Of a DNA stretch of 46,705 nucleotides, positions 22,118 to 31,865 are shown in pieces (the stretch's first letter is position 1; each line of letters starts with the position of its first letter). The translations under genes were made by a program, and so were the position numbers. Location of the stretch: positions 1-46,705 of the forward strand of contig JAJTBQ010000001.1 in the NCBI GenBank assembly GCA_021286835.1. Reading direction: 5' to 3'. A model generated the notes under the pieces. It was not told the origin of the DNA. It made no database searches and worked only from the letters and a program-made list of their open reading frames with translations. The stretch is from Thiomonas sp. Lineage in GTDB: Bacteria; Pseudomonadota; Gammaproteobacteria; Burkholderiales; Burkholderiaceae_C.

Positions 22118-23176
22118 ATGCTCCTGACCCCTCCCGTCAAGAATGCCCTCATCTGGCTTGGCATCGGCCTTGTCGCGCTCTGGCTGATCTGGCTGCTCGG
22201 CAGCATCCTGATGCCCTTTCTCGTGGGACTGACGCTGGCGTATGTGCTGCACCCCCTCGTCGAACGTCTCAAGCAACGGCGCATCCCGCGGGCGCTGGGG
22301 GCTGCCGTGGCGCTCATCCTGGCCATCGGACTGTTCGTCGGCCTGTTCCTGCTGCTCGTGCCGGTGGTCAGCCAGATCGTGCCGCTGATCCGGGAAAAAT
22401 TTCCCTTGCTGCTCCAGGCCATCATCAACTGGGGCACCCCGCTGCTGGCGCGTTTCGACATTCATGTGCAGTTCGACACCGCCAGCGTGCAGCAGACCCT
22501 GACGAAGTTTCTGTCGGCCCACGGCGAAGACTGGGCCGCGTTGCTGCTGCGCTCGGCCGGCACCGGGGGCATGGGCCTGCTGGTCCTGCTCGGCAATCTC
22601 ACGCTGATTCCGGTGGTGGCCTTCTACCTGCTGCTCGACTGGGAACCGACGCTGGCACGGGTGCGCAGCCTGATCCCGCCCAAGCATCGCGACGCCGTGC
22701 TGCGCTTTTTCCACGACTGCGACGTCATCCTCGGTCAGTATCTGCGGGGCCAGTTGCTGGTCATGCTGATCCTGGCGTTCTATTACTCCCTCGGCCTGGT
22801 GATTGCCGGTTTCAGTCTGGCCTTGCCCGTGGGCATCTTCACGGGGCTGGCGGTCTTCGTCCCGTATGTCGGCTTCGGGCTTGGGTTGTTGCTGGCGCTG
22901 ATCGCCGGCGCGCTGCAATTCCTGAGCTGGTACGGAGTGATTGCCGTGGCGATCGTCTATGGCATCGGCCAACTGATCGAAAGTCTCTACGTCACACCCA
23001 AATTCGTCGGCGAGAGCATTGGTCTGCATCCCCTGCTGGTCATTTTCATTCTGCTCGCCTTTGGCACCCTGTTCGGTTTCTGGGGCATTCTGCTGGCCCT
23101 GCCAGCAGGCGCCCTGCTGCTGGTGGTGGCGCGCCGCCTGCTGGCCTGGTACCGCGAGAGCGCGTTGTTCACCTGA
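22118..23176 (+). CDS. AI-2E family (PerM-like) transporter
   Basis: Polytopic membrane protein, LAYVLHPLV, YLRGQL, PYVG, GLHPLLVI; divergent from purM as usual. Confidence 0.88.
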   Translation: MLLTPPVKNALIWLGIGLVALWLIWLLGSILMPFLVGLTLAYVLHPLVERLKQRRIPRALGAAVALILAIGLFVGLFLLLVPVVSQIVPLIREKFPLLLQAIINWGTPLLARFDIHVQFDTASVQQTLTKFLSAHGEDWAALLLRSAGTGGMGLLVLLGNLTLIPVVAFYLLLDWEPTLARVRSLIPPKHRDAVLRFFHDCDVILGQYLRGQLLVMLILAFYYSLGLVIAGFSLALPVGIFTGLAVFVPYVGFGLGLLLALIAGALQFLSWYGVIAVAIVYGIGQLIESLYVTPKFVGESIGLHPLLVIFILLAFGTLFGFWGILLALPAGALLLVVARRLLAWYRESALFT

Positions 23177-23179
23177 TCC

Positions 23180-23968
23180 ATGGCTTCGACCCGGCGCCCC
23201 TCTTCCGCCACACCTGTCCGGCCGGCCGCTCGACAGCAGATCCTGCCCCTGGACTGGGAGGACGATCGCAGCTTCGAGAACTTCGACATCGGTGGCCAGA
23301 CCGACAACGCGCTGGCGCTGCAAGCCCTGCAGGATCTGCTGCAACAGCGGCATCACGCCGCGCTCTACCTGTGGGGCGACACCGGCAGTGGCAAAAGCCA
23401 CCTGCTTTGGGCCGCCTGCCACGCGGTGCAAAAGCACGGCCGGTGGGCTCTGCTGCTCACCCCGCAAACGCCGGCCTCCGCCTGGCCCGACGTCAACGAC
23501 CTCCTGGCGCAGCACCCTGGCGGTTTATTGGCCGTGGACGATGCCCAAACCCTCACCGACTGGCAGCAGGACTGGGTGTTCGGGCTCTACAACGCGGCCC
23601 GTTCTGCCGACCTTGCGTTTCTCGCCAGCGGCCACGCGGCGCCTGCGGCGCTGCCGCTGCGCGCCGACCTGCGCACCCGCCTGGGCTGGGGATTGGCGCT
23701 GCGCCTGACCGCCCCCGACGACGAGGTGCGCGCCCGTGTGCTGCAGCGGCTGGCGCACGAGCGCGGCTATACCCTCAGTCCCGAACTGCTGCACTACATG
23801 CAGACCCACCTGAGCCGGGACCTGTCGCAACTGGCCCGGCTGATGGCCGCGTTTGACCGCTATGCTCTGGCTGCTCAGCGCCCGGCCACCATACCTCTGC
23901 TCAAATCGCTCCTGGCCGAACAGCCGCAGCTGCTGCGCACCGCGGCGCCAGAATCAGTTCCCGGCTGA
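23180..23968 (+). CDS. hda: DnaA regulatory inactivator Hda
   Basis: N-terminal clamp-binding-like QILPLD, SFENF, GDTGSGKSHL, DLRTRLGWG; purM-AI2E-hda-HAD-pcnB-folK context. Confidence 0.88.
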   Translation: MASTRRPSSATPVRPAARQQILPLDWEDDRSFENFDIGGQTDNALALQALQDLLQQRHHAALYLWGDTGSGKSHLLWAACHAVQKHGRWALLLTPQTPASAWPDVNDLLAQHPGGLLAVDDAQTLTDWQQDWVFGLYNAARSADLAFLASGHAAPAALPLRADLRTRLGWGLALRLTAPDDEVRARVLQRLAHERGYTLSPELLHYMQTHLSRDLSQLARLMAAFDRYALAAQRPATIPLLKSLLAEQPQLLRTAAPESVPG

Positions 23969-23995
23969 GCCTTCCCGACCCCGATCCTCTTTTCC

Positions 23996-24667
23996 ATGCG
24001 CAAGCTCGCCCTGTTTGACCTCGACAACACGCTGATTCCTTTCGACTCCGACCATGCCTTCGGGCAATACCTCGCCGAGCTGGGCTGGGTGGACGCGGAA
24101 CAGCACCGCCAGCAGAACGAGTCGTTCTACCGCCAGTACAAGGCCGGCACGCTCGACCTTGCCGCCTATCTGCGCTTTGCCCTGGAACCGATCGCCGGCA
24201 AGGATCTCGAAACCCTGCACGCCGCCCAAGCCGGTTTCATGCGGGACGTCGTGATGCCGCAGATCCAGCCTGCCGCCCGGCAACTCGTCGGCCGTCACAA
24301 AGAGGCCGGCGATCTGTGCTGCATCGTGACCGCGACCAATACCTTCGTCACCCGTCCGATCGCCGATGTCTTCGGCGTCGAACATCTCATCGGCGTCGAT
24401 CTCGAGCGCGACAGCCAGGGCCGCTACACCGGCAACTGGATCGGCACGCCGTCGTTTCGCGAGGGCAAGATCATTCGTACCGAGCAATGGCTGGCCGCGC
24501 AGGGCCTGGGCTGGAAGGATTTCGATCAGATCTGGTTCTACAGTGACTCGATCAACGATCGCCCCCTGCTCGAGCATGCGACCCACCCCGTGGTCGTGCA
24601 TCCCGACCCCTTGCTGGCCGCCATCGCGCTGGAAAAAGGCTGGCCCACTCTTCAGTTGTTGACATGA
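23996..24667 (+). CDS. HAD-IB family hydrolase (SerB-like, possible histidinol-phosphatase)
   Basis: LFDLDNTL motif I, IVTAT motif II, FYSDSINDRPLL motif IV. Confidence 0.88.
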   Translation: MRKLALFDLDNTLIPFDSDHAFGQYLAELGWVDAEQHRQQNESFYRQYKAGTLDLAAYLRFALEPIAGKDLETLHAAQAGFMRDVVMPQIQPAARQLVGRHKEAGDLCCIVTATNTFVTRPIADVFGVEHLIGVDLERDSQGRYTGNWIGTPSFREGKIIRTEQWLAAQGLGWKDFDQIWFYSDSINDRPLLEHATHPVVVHPDPLLAAIALEKGWPTLQLLT

Positions 24668-26100
24668 TCCGAAAATTCATCAGCCGCCTGTTCACCCCGA
24701 ACAAGGGCGACGACGCTCCGCAGCGTCGTGGCCAACGCCGCGACCTGCCCAGGGCACAGCACCAGATCGACGCCAACCGCCTCTCGCAGAACGCCCGCAA
24801 CACCGTGCAGACCCTGCAGCAGGCCGGCTACGAGGCCTACATCGTCGGCGGTGCGGTGCGTGACCTGCTGCTGGGCCTCAAGCCCAAGGACTTCGACGTC
24901 GCCACCAACGCCACGCCCGAGCAGGTCAAGCCGCTGTTCAAGCGCGCCTTCATCATCGGCCGACGCTTTCGCATCGTGCACGTCATGTACGGCCGCGACA
25001 TCATCGAAGTCTCCACCTATCGCGCGCTGCACGATGCGCAGGCCGCCGAGGCCGTGGACGGCAACGAGCGAACCTCGCGCCGCGCCCTGGCCGACAAGAC
25101 CCTGGCGGTGGACAGCAGCGGCCGCGTGCTGCGCGACAACGTCTGGGGCACGCTGGACGACGATGCCGAGCGCCGCGATTTCACCGTCAACGCGCTGTAC
25201 TACGACCCGATCCGCGACGTGGTGGTCGACTACCACCAGGGCATGAAAGACCTGAAAGAGCGCCGCCTGCGCATGATCGGCGACCCCGCCGCCCGCTACC
25301 GCGAAGACCCGGTGCGGATGCTGCGCATCGCCCGCTTCGCCGCCAAGCTCGGCTTCGAGATCGATCCGACCACGCTGGAACCGATCGCGTCCAGCGCCGA
25401 CCTGCTGGCCAACGTCCCCGCCGCACGCCTGTTCGACGAAACCATCAAGCTCCTGCAGACCGGCCATGCGGTCGCCTCCCTGCAGCAACTCCGGCGCCTG
25501 GGTCTGCATCACGGGCTTCTTCCGCTGCTCGACCCCGTCCTGGAAAAGCCCGAAGGCGAGCGTTTCATCATGAACGCCCTGCAAGACACCGATGCCCGCA
25601 TCGGCCAGGGCAAGACCGCCAGCCCGAGCTTTCTCTTCGCCTGCCTGCTCTGGCACGACGTGGAACTGCGGTGGGACGCGCTGCGCGCCGAAGGCGTGGC
25701 TCCCCTCATGGCACTCGACCAGGCTGCCGACGAGGTGCTGGCCGCGCAGGCCGAACGCCTGGCCATCCAGCGCCGCATCGCCACCGACATGCGTGAAATC
25801 TGGTCACTGCAATCCCGGTTCGAGCGCCGCACGCCCCGCTACGCCAACAGTCTGGTCGAGCATCCACGGTTTCGCGCCGCCTACGATTTCCTCAGTCTGC
25901 GCGCCCGCAGCGGCCAGGCCGAGCCGGAGCTGGCGCAATGGTGGGAAGCCTTCCAGTTCGCCGATGCCGAAGGCCGCGCCGAGATGCTTGCCGCCGCCCC
26001 GCAGCCCAGCGCCGCGAGCAAGCCCAAACGTCGGCGCCGACGCAAAAAGCCCGCCGACGGCAGCAAGACCGAAGACACGGCCAGCCACGATCCCGAGTGA
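24664..26100 (+). CDS. pcnB: Poly(A) polymerase I
   Basis: VGGAVRDLLLG..PKDFDVAT, IIGRRFRIVHV PAP signature, RRDFTVNAL, basic C-terminal KRRRRRKK. Confidence 0.95.
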   Translation: MIRKFISRLFTPNKGDDAPQRRGQRRDLPRAQHQIDANRLSQNARNTVQTLQQAGYEAYIVGGAVRDLLLGLKPKDFDVATNATPEQVKPLFKRAFIIGRRFRIVHVMYGRDIIEVSTYRALHDAQAAEAVDGNERTSRRALADKTLAVDSSGRVLRDNVWGTLDDDAERRDFTVNALYYDPIRDVVVDYHQGMKDLKERRLRMIGDPAARYREDPVRMLRIARFAAKLGFEIDPTTLEPIASSADLLANVPAARLFDETIKLLQTGHAVASLQQLRRLGLHHGLLPLLDPVLEKPEGERFIMNALQDTDARIGQGKTASPSFLFACLLWHDVELRWDALRAEGVAPLMALDQAADEVLAAQAERLAIQRRIATDMREIWSLQSRFERRTPRYANSLVEHPRFRAAYDFLSLRARSGQAEPELAQWWEAFQFADAEGRAEMLAAAPQPSAASKPKRRRRRKKPADGSKTEDTASHDPE

Positions 26101-26106
26101 GCGGCG

Positions 26107-26613
26107 ATGGCCTGCGCCGATGACGTCGAAGCCTTCATCGCCCTCGGCGCCAATCTGGGCGATGGCGCGGCCGCCCTGCGCGCAGCCGCCCTGGCCATTG
26201 ATGGCTTGGCGCTGACCCGCGTGGTGGCGCGCTCCAGCCTTTACCGCACGGCGCCGCAGCATGCCACCGGACCGGACTACTGGAACGCCGTCGTGCAGGT
26301 CCGCACCGCCCAGTCGCCCGAGGCCTTGCTCGACGGCCTGCTCGGCATCGAAGCCCGCATGGGCCGTCAACGCCCCATCGGTGCAGTCAACGCACCGCGC
26401 ACCCTCGATCTCGACCTGCTGCTCTACGGCAGCCTGCAACGCCAAAGCGAACGGCTGACCCTGCCCCATCCCCGCATGGCTGCGCGTGCATTCGTGTTGG
26501 CGCCCCTGGCCGAGATCTGGCCCGAGGGACGCCTCGCAGGTTCATCCGTCGCCGAACTGGCCGAGCGCCGCCTGGCCGAAGGCCAGCGCATCCAGAGGCT
26601 GGAACCGCTCTGA
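26107..26613 (+). CDS. folK: 2-amino-4-hydroxy-6-hydroxymethyldihydropteridine diphosphokinase
   Basis: IALGANLG, SSLYRTAP, PRTLDLDLLLYG, LPHPRM..RAFVL. Confidence 0.95.
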   Translation: MACADDVEAFIALGANLGDGAAALRAAALAIDGLALTRVVARSSLYRTAPQHATGPDYWNAVVQVRTAQSPEALLDGLLGIEARMGRQRPIGAVNAPRTLDLDLLLYGSLQRQSERLTLPHPRMAARAFVLAPLAEIWPEGRLAGSSVAELAERRLAEGQRIQRLEPL

Positions 26614-26655
26614 GTCAGAAGGTGTGAATGAATCCGGCGTGACCGACAAGCGCGC

Positions 26656-27087
26656 TCAAGCGCCGCCGAAAAAGCGCTGCAGCACATACGCGAGTCCGCC
26701 GGTCAGCGAGCCCACGCTCATGAACAGCGCGAAGATCACGATCAACACCGGCCCCCATCCATTGGCGCTGCGGCGGTCGATGCCCTGATTCCAGCGTGCA
26801 TCCCAGCGCTCATCGGGCGTCAGCCCAATCACCAGGGTCTGGACGACCACGGCAATGACCACCGCCACGAACACCCCGAGCAGCGCCCAGGTGAGGCCGT
26901 CGTCCATGTGCTGAGACACGAAGCGCCAGACCCCCAGCAGCCCGACGATAAAAAGAGGGCCGTGCAACCAGGCCCAGCGGTCTCTCGATCCGTACAGGTA
27001 GAAACGATGCCCACCGAAAACGCCGGCCAGCAGGGCCAGCAGGGCCGCCAGGAATTTGCTTTTGAAAGAAGTTTGCGCAGTCATCAT
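26656..27087 (-). CDS. TM2/NINE domain membrane protein
   Basis: KSK.LAALLALL.G.FGGHRFYL TM2 signature plus further TM segments. Confidence 0.8.
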   Translation of the reverse strand: MMTAQTSFKSKFLAALLALLAGVFGGHRFYLYGSRDRWAWLHGPLFIVGLLGVWRFVSQHMDDGLTWALLGVFVAVVIAVVVQTLVIGLTPDERWDARWNQGIDRRSANGWGPVLIVIFALFMSVGSLTGGLAYVLQRFFGGA

Positions 27088-27093
27088 CGGCCA

Positions 27094-27621
27094 TCAGGCG
27101 GGAACGGTTGCGGCGCCAGCCCCAAGTGCGCGTTGCATGAGCACGACGTCCAGCCAGCGGTCAAATTTCCAGCCGACAGCAGGCATGCGTCCCAGATCGG
27201 CGAATCCGCGCGACCGATGCACGCCGATGGAGCCCGCGTTCTCGGAATCGCCGATGACGGCGAGCATCTGTCGTGCCCCGCTGCCCGTGCAGGCCTCGAT
27301 CAAAGCGTCGAGCAGGCGCCCACCCACCCCCTGACCCAATCCATCCGGGGCGACATAAATGGAATCCTCGACGGTGAAACGATAGGCCTCACGGGCCCGG
27401 AACCAGTTGGCGTAGGCATAGCCGACAACTTCCTGGCCGCGCAGCGCGACCAACCAAGGCAGCTTGCGCGACTGCACTTCCTCCCAGCGACGTGCCATCT
27501 CGGCCTCGTCAGGCGCCTGGGTTTCGAACGTGCCCGTGCCGTGCAGGACATGGTGGCGGTAAATGGCGGTGATGATCGGCAAATCCAGCGAAGTGGCGGC
27601 GCGAATGATGATTTCAGACAT
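27094..27621 (-). CDS. GNAT N-acetyltransferase, YncA/phosphinothricin-acetyltransferase-like
   Basis: GTGTFE, YRFTVEDSIYV, GQGVG acetyl-CoA loop, NAGSIGVH, VGWKFDRWLD. Confidence 0.88.
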   Translation of the reverse strand: MSEIIIRAATSLDLPIITAIYRHHVLHGTGTFETQAPDEAEMARRWEEVQSRKLPWLVALRGQEVVGYAYANWFRAREAYRFTVEDSIYVAPDGLGQGVGGRLLDALIEACTGSGARQMLAVIGDSENAGSIGVHRSRGFADLGRMPAVGWKFDRWLDVVLMQRALGAGAATVPA

Positions 27622-27901
27622 GAAGTGCAATAAGGGGAAGGGTCATGTTTATAATGGCGAGTTTATTCGAGCGCTGCAAACGATTTTGAAGGCAGGGCAT
27701 CCGAAGGACTTATGCCCTGCGGGCCGGATTGCCAAAAAGGTGATCCTGGCATTTGAGGTTTTTGCGGTAGGCGTGCCCCGCGGTGCCTACCCATAAATCC
27801 CGTCCCCGGGCCTGTAAGTTTGACCCCAGGCCCTAGGAGCGACGCCCCGACATACTGCCCGCGACCCGTCGCCGGCTCTCATTTTTTGACAAGGAAGCAA
27901 A

Positions 27902-28162
27902 ATGGTTGTGATCCGTCTGACCCGTGCCGGCGCCAAGGCACACCCCTTCTACCACATCGTGGCCACCGATTCGCGCAGCCGTCGTGACGGCCGCTACATC
28001 GAGCGCCTGGGTTACTACAACCCGGTGGCCCGCGGTGCCGAAGTGCCTTTGCGCATCGCGACCGAGCGCCTGAACCACTGGACCAGTGTGGGCGCGCAGG
28101 TTTCGCCCACCGTGCAGCGTCTGGTGAAGAGCGCGCAGAAATCCGGCCAGGCTGCTGCCTGA
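27902..28162 (+). CDS. rpsP: 30S ribosomal protein S16
   Basis: [37 protein letters not shown]; AAGGA SD. Confidence 0.98.
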   Translation: MVVIRLTRAGAKAHPFYHIVATDSRSRRDGRYIERLGYYNPVARGAEVPLRIATERLNHWTSVGAQVSPTVQRLVKSAQKSGQAAA

Positions 28163-28198
28163 CCTAGCCTTCCGATCGATCTCGATCTGAGGGTGCCC

Positions 28199-28233
28199 GG
28201 CGGGTCGGCTGAATAGGCCGTCCCGCCATTTTT
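28199..28233 (+). terminator. Terminator-like hairpin between rpsP and rimM
   Basis: GGCGGG-T-CGGC ... GCCG-T-CCCGCC followed by ATTTTT. Confidence 0.6.
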
Positions 28234-28254
28234 CTGTTGCACGGAACCTCGTTC

Positions 28255-28800
28255 ATGTCCATGAGCATCCCTGACGATCTTTTCCTCGTCGGCCATGTCC
28301 TCGATGCCTGGGGCGTGCGGGGCTGGGTGAAGGTTGCCCCCGATGCACCGGAAGCCGCAGCCCTGCTCAAGTCCAAGACATGGTGGCTGAGCCGCCCGGG
28401 CTTCGAAGATGCAGCGCCGTTCACGGTGCGCCTGGCCAGACGCCACGGCAGCGCCCTGGTTGCGCTGTTCGAAGGTTTGGACGACCGCAGTGGCGCCGAG
28501 GCGCTGCGCGGCAGGCAGATTTCGGTGCGGCGTGCCGAGTTTCCCCCGCCGGACGACGGCGAGTTTTACTGGGCCGACCTGATCGGCTGCCAGGTTCGCA
28601 CGCCCGAGGGCGTGGATCTCGGTGGCGTGACGGGGTTGATGGAGAGTGCGGCCCACGCCATTCTTCGCGTGCAAGTTCCCCAGCCCAATCCTGACGCCAA
28701 GCCCCGGGAACGCCTGCTTCCATTTGTCGATGCCTACATCGTCTCGGTCGATCTGCCGACCAAGACCATCGTTGCTTCGTGGGACGCCAGTTTCGACTGA
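28255..28800 (+). CDS. rimM: Ribosome maturation factor RimM
   Basis: VGHVLDAWGVRGWVKV, EFYWADLIG, LLPFV; position between rpsP and trmD; start uncertain (28255 or 28261). Confidence 0.93.
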   Translation: MSMSIPDDLFLVGHVLDAWGVRGWVKVAPDAPEAAALLKSKTWWLSRPGFEDAAPFTVRLARRHGSALVALFEGLDDRSGAEALRGRQISVRRAEFPPPDDGEFYWADLIGCQVRTPEGVDLGGVTGLMESAAHAILRVQVPQPNPDAKPRERLLPFVDAYIVSVDLPTKTIVASWDASFD

Positions 28801-28809
28801 CCGACCTCC

Positions 28810-29577
28810 ATGCTGCGCATCGATGTCATCAGCCTGTTTCCCGCGTATTTCGAGCCGCTGAAGCATCACGGCGTCTCGCGGCGCGCCTTCGACTCGGGTC
28901 AATTGCAGTTGCAGTGCTGGAATCCGCGCGATTTCACCTCGGACCCGCACCGCACGATCGACGACCGTCCCTACGGCGGCGGCCCTGGCATGGTCATGCT
29001 GGCCGAACCGCTGGAGCAGACGCTGGACGCGATTGCAGCCGAGCGGCGGCGCGCGGCCCTTCCGCACGCGCCGGTCTGGCTGTTCTCGCCCACGGGCCGG
29101 CGCATCGATCAACGTCTGGTCGAAGACCTGGCACGATCCGACGGCGCCACGCTGCTGTGCGCCCGATACGAGGGTGTGGATCAGCGTCTCATCGACCACC
29201 GGGTGGACCTGGAGATCAGCCTCGGCGACTTTGTGCTCTCGGGCGGAGAGATTCCCGCCCTCGCGCTGCTCGACGCGGCCTGCCGGTTTCTGCCCGGCGT
29301 GCTGGGAAGTGCCGAATCGGCCCAGCAGGACAGCTTCGCCAACGGCCTGCTCGACTGCCCACACTACACGCGCCCGGAGAACCATCGCGACCGCGCCGTG
29401 CCGGAAGCGCTGCTCAGCGGCGATCACGCGCGCATTGCACAGTGGCGCAGGGAGCAGTCTTTGCGTCTCACGCTGCAACGGCGTCCGGATCTGATTGCGC
29501 TGTTGCATCAGTCCGGTCAGCTCAGCCAGAAGGATCTGCGCATCCTGTCGGCCTTAGGTTATACTTCTTCGGTTTGA
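28810..29577 (+). CDS. trmD: tRNA (guanine-N1)-methyltransferase TrmD
   Basis: [40 protein letters not shown]. Confidence 0.97.
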   Translation: MLRIDVISLFPAYFEPLKHHGVSRRAFDSGQLQLQCWNPRDFTSDPHRTIDDRPYGGGPGMVMLAEPLEQTLDAIAAERRRAALPHAPVWLFSPTGRRIDQRLVEDLARSDGATLLCARYEGVDQRLIDHRVDLEISLGDFVLSGGEIPALALLDAACRFLPGVLGSAESAQQDSFANGLLDCPHYTRPENHRDRAVPEALLSGDHARIAQWRREQSLRLTLQRRPDLIALLHQSGQLSQKDLRILSALGYTSSV

Positions 29578-29683
29578 TCCTCTGCTGGCCCGTCTCTTGG
29601 CGCGAGTGCACTGAAGTGCATCGCCCCTTGTGACAACCAAACCCTTTCCTACACTGGACGGCAAGATCATTGGAGAGCTTCAA

Positions 29684-30088
29684 ATGAATCTGATTGCTAC
29701 CTTGGAACAGGAAGAAATGGCCCGCGTCAGTGCGGGCAAATCCTTTCCCCAGTTCAACCCAGGCGACACGGTCATCGTGTCCGTCAAGGTGGTTGAAGGC
29801 AACCGCAAACGTAACCAGGCCTACGAAGGTGTGGTGATCGCCAAGCGTAATCGTGGACTGAATTCCAGCTTCATCGTGCGCAAGATCTCTGCCGGGGAAG
29901 GCGTGGAGCGTACGTTCCAGCTGTATTCGCCGCAGATCGCATCGATCGAGGTCAAGCGCCGCGGTGACGTGCGCCGCGCCAAGCTGTACTACCTGCGTCA
30001 GCGCTCGGGCAAGTCGGCGCGCATCAAGGAAAAACTGGTGCTCAAGTCTGCCGCGGCCGCCCAGGCCAGTGCGTCTGCAGAGGCCTGA
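29684..30088 (+). CDS. rplS: 50S ribosomal protein L19
   Basis: [33 protein letters not shown]; ATG at 29684 with GGAG SD. Confidence 0.97.
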   Translation: MNLIATLEQEEMARVSAGKSFPQFNPGDTVIVSVKVVEGNRKRNQAYEGVVIAKRNRGLNSSFIVRKISAGEGVERTFQLYSPQIASIEVKRRGDVRRAKLYYLRQRSGKSARIKEKLVLKSAAAAQASASAEA

Positions 30089-30132
30089 TCCGCACGCTTT
30101 CTGGTCATTCCGGCACCGCCGGATCGCCACCG

Positions 30133-30163
30133 AAGCCGACCTGCCCTGCAAGTCGGCTTTTTT
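30133..30163 (+). terminator. Intrinsic terminator of rplS
   Basis: AAGCCGAC (30133-30140) / GTCGGCTT (30152-30159) followed by further Ts. Confidence 0.8.
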
Positions 30164-30179
30164 GTTGCCGGCACTCACC

Positions 30180-30890
30180 GTGTCTTCACACCGCCTTCAG
30201 CCCATCGACCCCTATAGCGCCCGACTGATCGGACGCGATGACGCCCTGCCCGCCGTTACCCAGGAGCAGTTGACCCCGGAGCGGCTTCGCCAGCGTTTCG
30301 CATCGCAGCCCTCCTGGACGCCGGAACTGTTTGAGGACTCTTTGCGCCTGCATGCCCAGCCGCTCCGGGGCGCGGCAGTGCTCATCGCACTGGTGCAGCG
30401 CCGTCAGGGTTTGCAGGTGCTCCTCACTCGCCGCAATCTTCATCTGCATGAGCATGCGGGCCAGATCAGTTTTCCCGGGGGGCGCTGCGATCGCCAGGAT
30501 CTGCACCCCGCGGCAACGGCCTTGCGGGAAGCTCACGAGGAAATCGGCCTGCGACCTGCCGGCGCGGAAATCCTGGGCACGCTGCCGCTGTACTGCACCG
30601 CTTCGCGCTACGCCGTCACGCCCGTCGTCGCGCTGGTCTCCGGCGCCGAGGGGCTGCAACCCCATCCCGACGAAGTGAGTGAACTGTTCGAAGTCCCCCT
30701 GGCCTTTCTCATGGACCCGCGGCACCACGAACACCGGGAATGGACGATGCAGAGCAACGCGCCGGTCAATCCGATCCCTTTGCGCCGCCGGTTTCTGGTC
30801 ATGCCCTATGTCGTCGACGATCGCAGCTACGTCATCTGGGGGGCCACGGCCGCCATGTTGCGCAATCTGTACCGACTGCTGATTGCGTAG
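30180..30890 (+). CDS. Nudix CoA pyrophosphatase (NudL-like)
   Basis: LLTRR..L..HAGQISFPGG CoA motif, ALREAHEEIG Nudix box, IWGATA; GTG start at 30180 is a best guess. Confidence 0.9.
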   Translation: MSSHRLQPIDPYSARLIGRDDALPAVTQEQLTPERLRQRFASQPSWTPELFEDSLRLHAQPLRGAAVLIALVQRRQGLQVLLTRRNLHLHEHAGQISFPGGRCDRQDLHPAATALREAHEEIGLRPAGAEILGTLPLYCTASRYAVTPVVALVSGAEGLQPHPDEVSELFEVPLAFLMDPRHHEHREWTMQSNAPVNPIPLRRRFLVMPYVVDDRSYVIWGATAAMLRNLYRLLIA

Positions 30891-30899
30891 GATAGACGC

Positions 30900-31865
30900 A
30901 TGGCTTTTCTCTCAGTTCTCATCGCGCTGCTTGTCGAGCAGCTCAAACCCCTGGGGCGCGGCAGTGCCGTGTATCGGCTGCGCCAGACCCTGGCCGATCT
31001 CGCCTCTCGCAACTTCGACGCGGGACAATCGCGACATGGCGTGGCCGCCTGGTTCATCGCCGTGCTGCTGCCCGCCCTGGTGACACTGGCCATTTACCTG
31101 CTCGCGCTGCAATACAGCCTTCTGCTGGCCCTGGCGTGGAATATTGCCGTGCTGTATTTCACGCTGGGCTTTCGTCAGTTCAGCCACTATTTCACCGACA
31201 TCCAGGACGCGCTCAATCATCAGGATGCCGAGACGGCGCGCAGCCTGCTGCGCCAGTGGAAAGCGCTCGACACCGTGGACATGAGTCCGAGCGACGTCAC
31301 CCAACAGACCATCGAACATGCCCTGGTGTCGGTGCAGCGCTACGTCCTCGGGGTGTTCTTCTGGTTCATTCTTCCCATCGGTCCGGCGGGCGCGGTGCTT
31401 TATCGCCTGAGCGACTATGTCGCCGGCAAGTGGAACAGCGCCGACAGCGAAGCGAGCCCCGCGCTGCGCGTGTTTGCGCAGAAGACCTTTGACCTGCTCG
31501 ACTGGGTACCTTCCCGCCTGACGGCCATCGGCTACGCCATCGTCGGCAATTTCGAGGACGCCATCGACATCTGGCGCGGGTTCTCGCAACTCTGGCCCAA
31601 CCGCAATACCGGTGTCATGCTGGCATCGGCGGCGGGCGCCGTGGGCATCCGTCTGGGTGCGACCGCCGGCGCGCCACCGACCGCCCCCACCGAGCCGGGC
31701 TGGACGCAGGAAGGTGAAGGCCAGCCGCCCGGCCATTCCGCGGCGATGCCCGGCGCCATTCCTCAACCGGCGCATCTGCGCAATGTGGTGGGCCTGGTGT
31801 GGCGCTCGGTGCTGCTGTGGATGCTGCTGCTCGCCATGCTCAGCGTCGTCAGCTGGGTGAGTTGA
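30900..31865 (+). CDS. CobD/CbiB (AmpE-like) family membrane protein
   Basis: Hydrophobic protein with GPAGAVLYRL and LDWVPSRLTA..YAIVGNF motifs. Confidence 0.78.
   Translation: MAFLSVLIALLVEQLKPLGRGSAVYRLRQTLADLASRNFDAGQSRHGVAAWFIAVLLPALVTLAIYLLALQYSLLLALAWNIAVLYFTLGFRQFSHYFTDIQDALNHQDAETARSLLRQWKALDTVDMSPSDVTQQTIEHALVSVQRYVLGVFFWFILPIGPAGAVLYRLSDYVAGKWNSADSEASPALRVFAQKTFDLLDWVPSRLTAIGYAIVGNFEDAIDIWRGFSQLWPNRNTGVMLASAAGAVGIRLGATAGAPPTAPTEPGWTQEGEGQPPGHSAAMPGAIPQPAHLRNVVGLVWRSVLLWMLLLAMLSVVSWVS

Noticed and set aside
30900-31865. Cobalamin biosynthesis locus
   Set aside because: Single CobD/CbiB/AmpE-like gene with no other cob/cbi genes in the window; function unresolved so no gene symbol given
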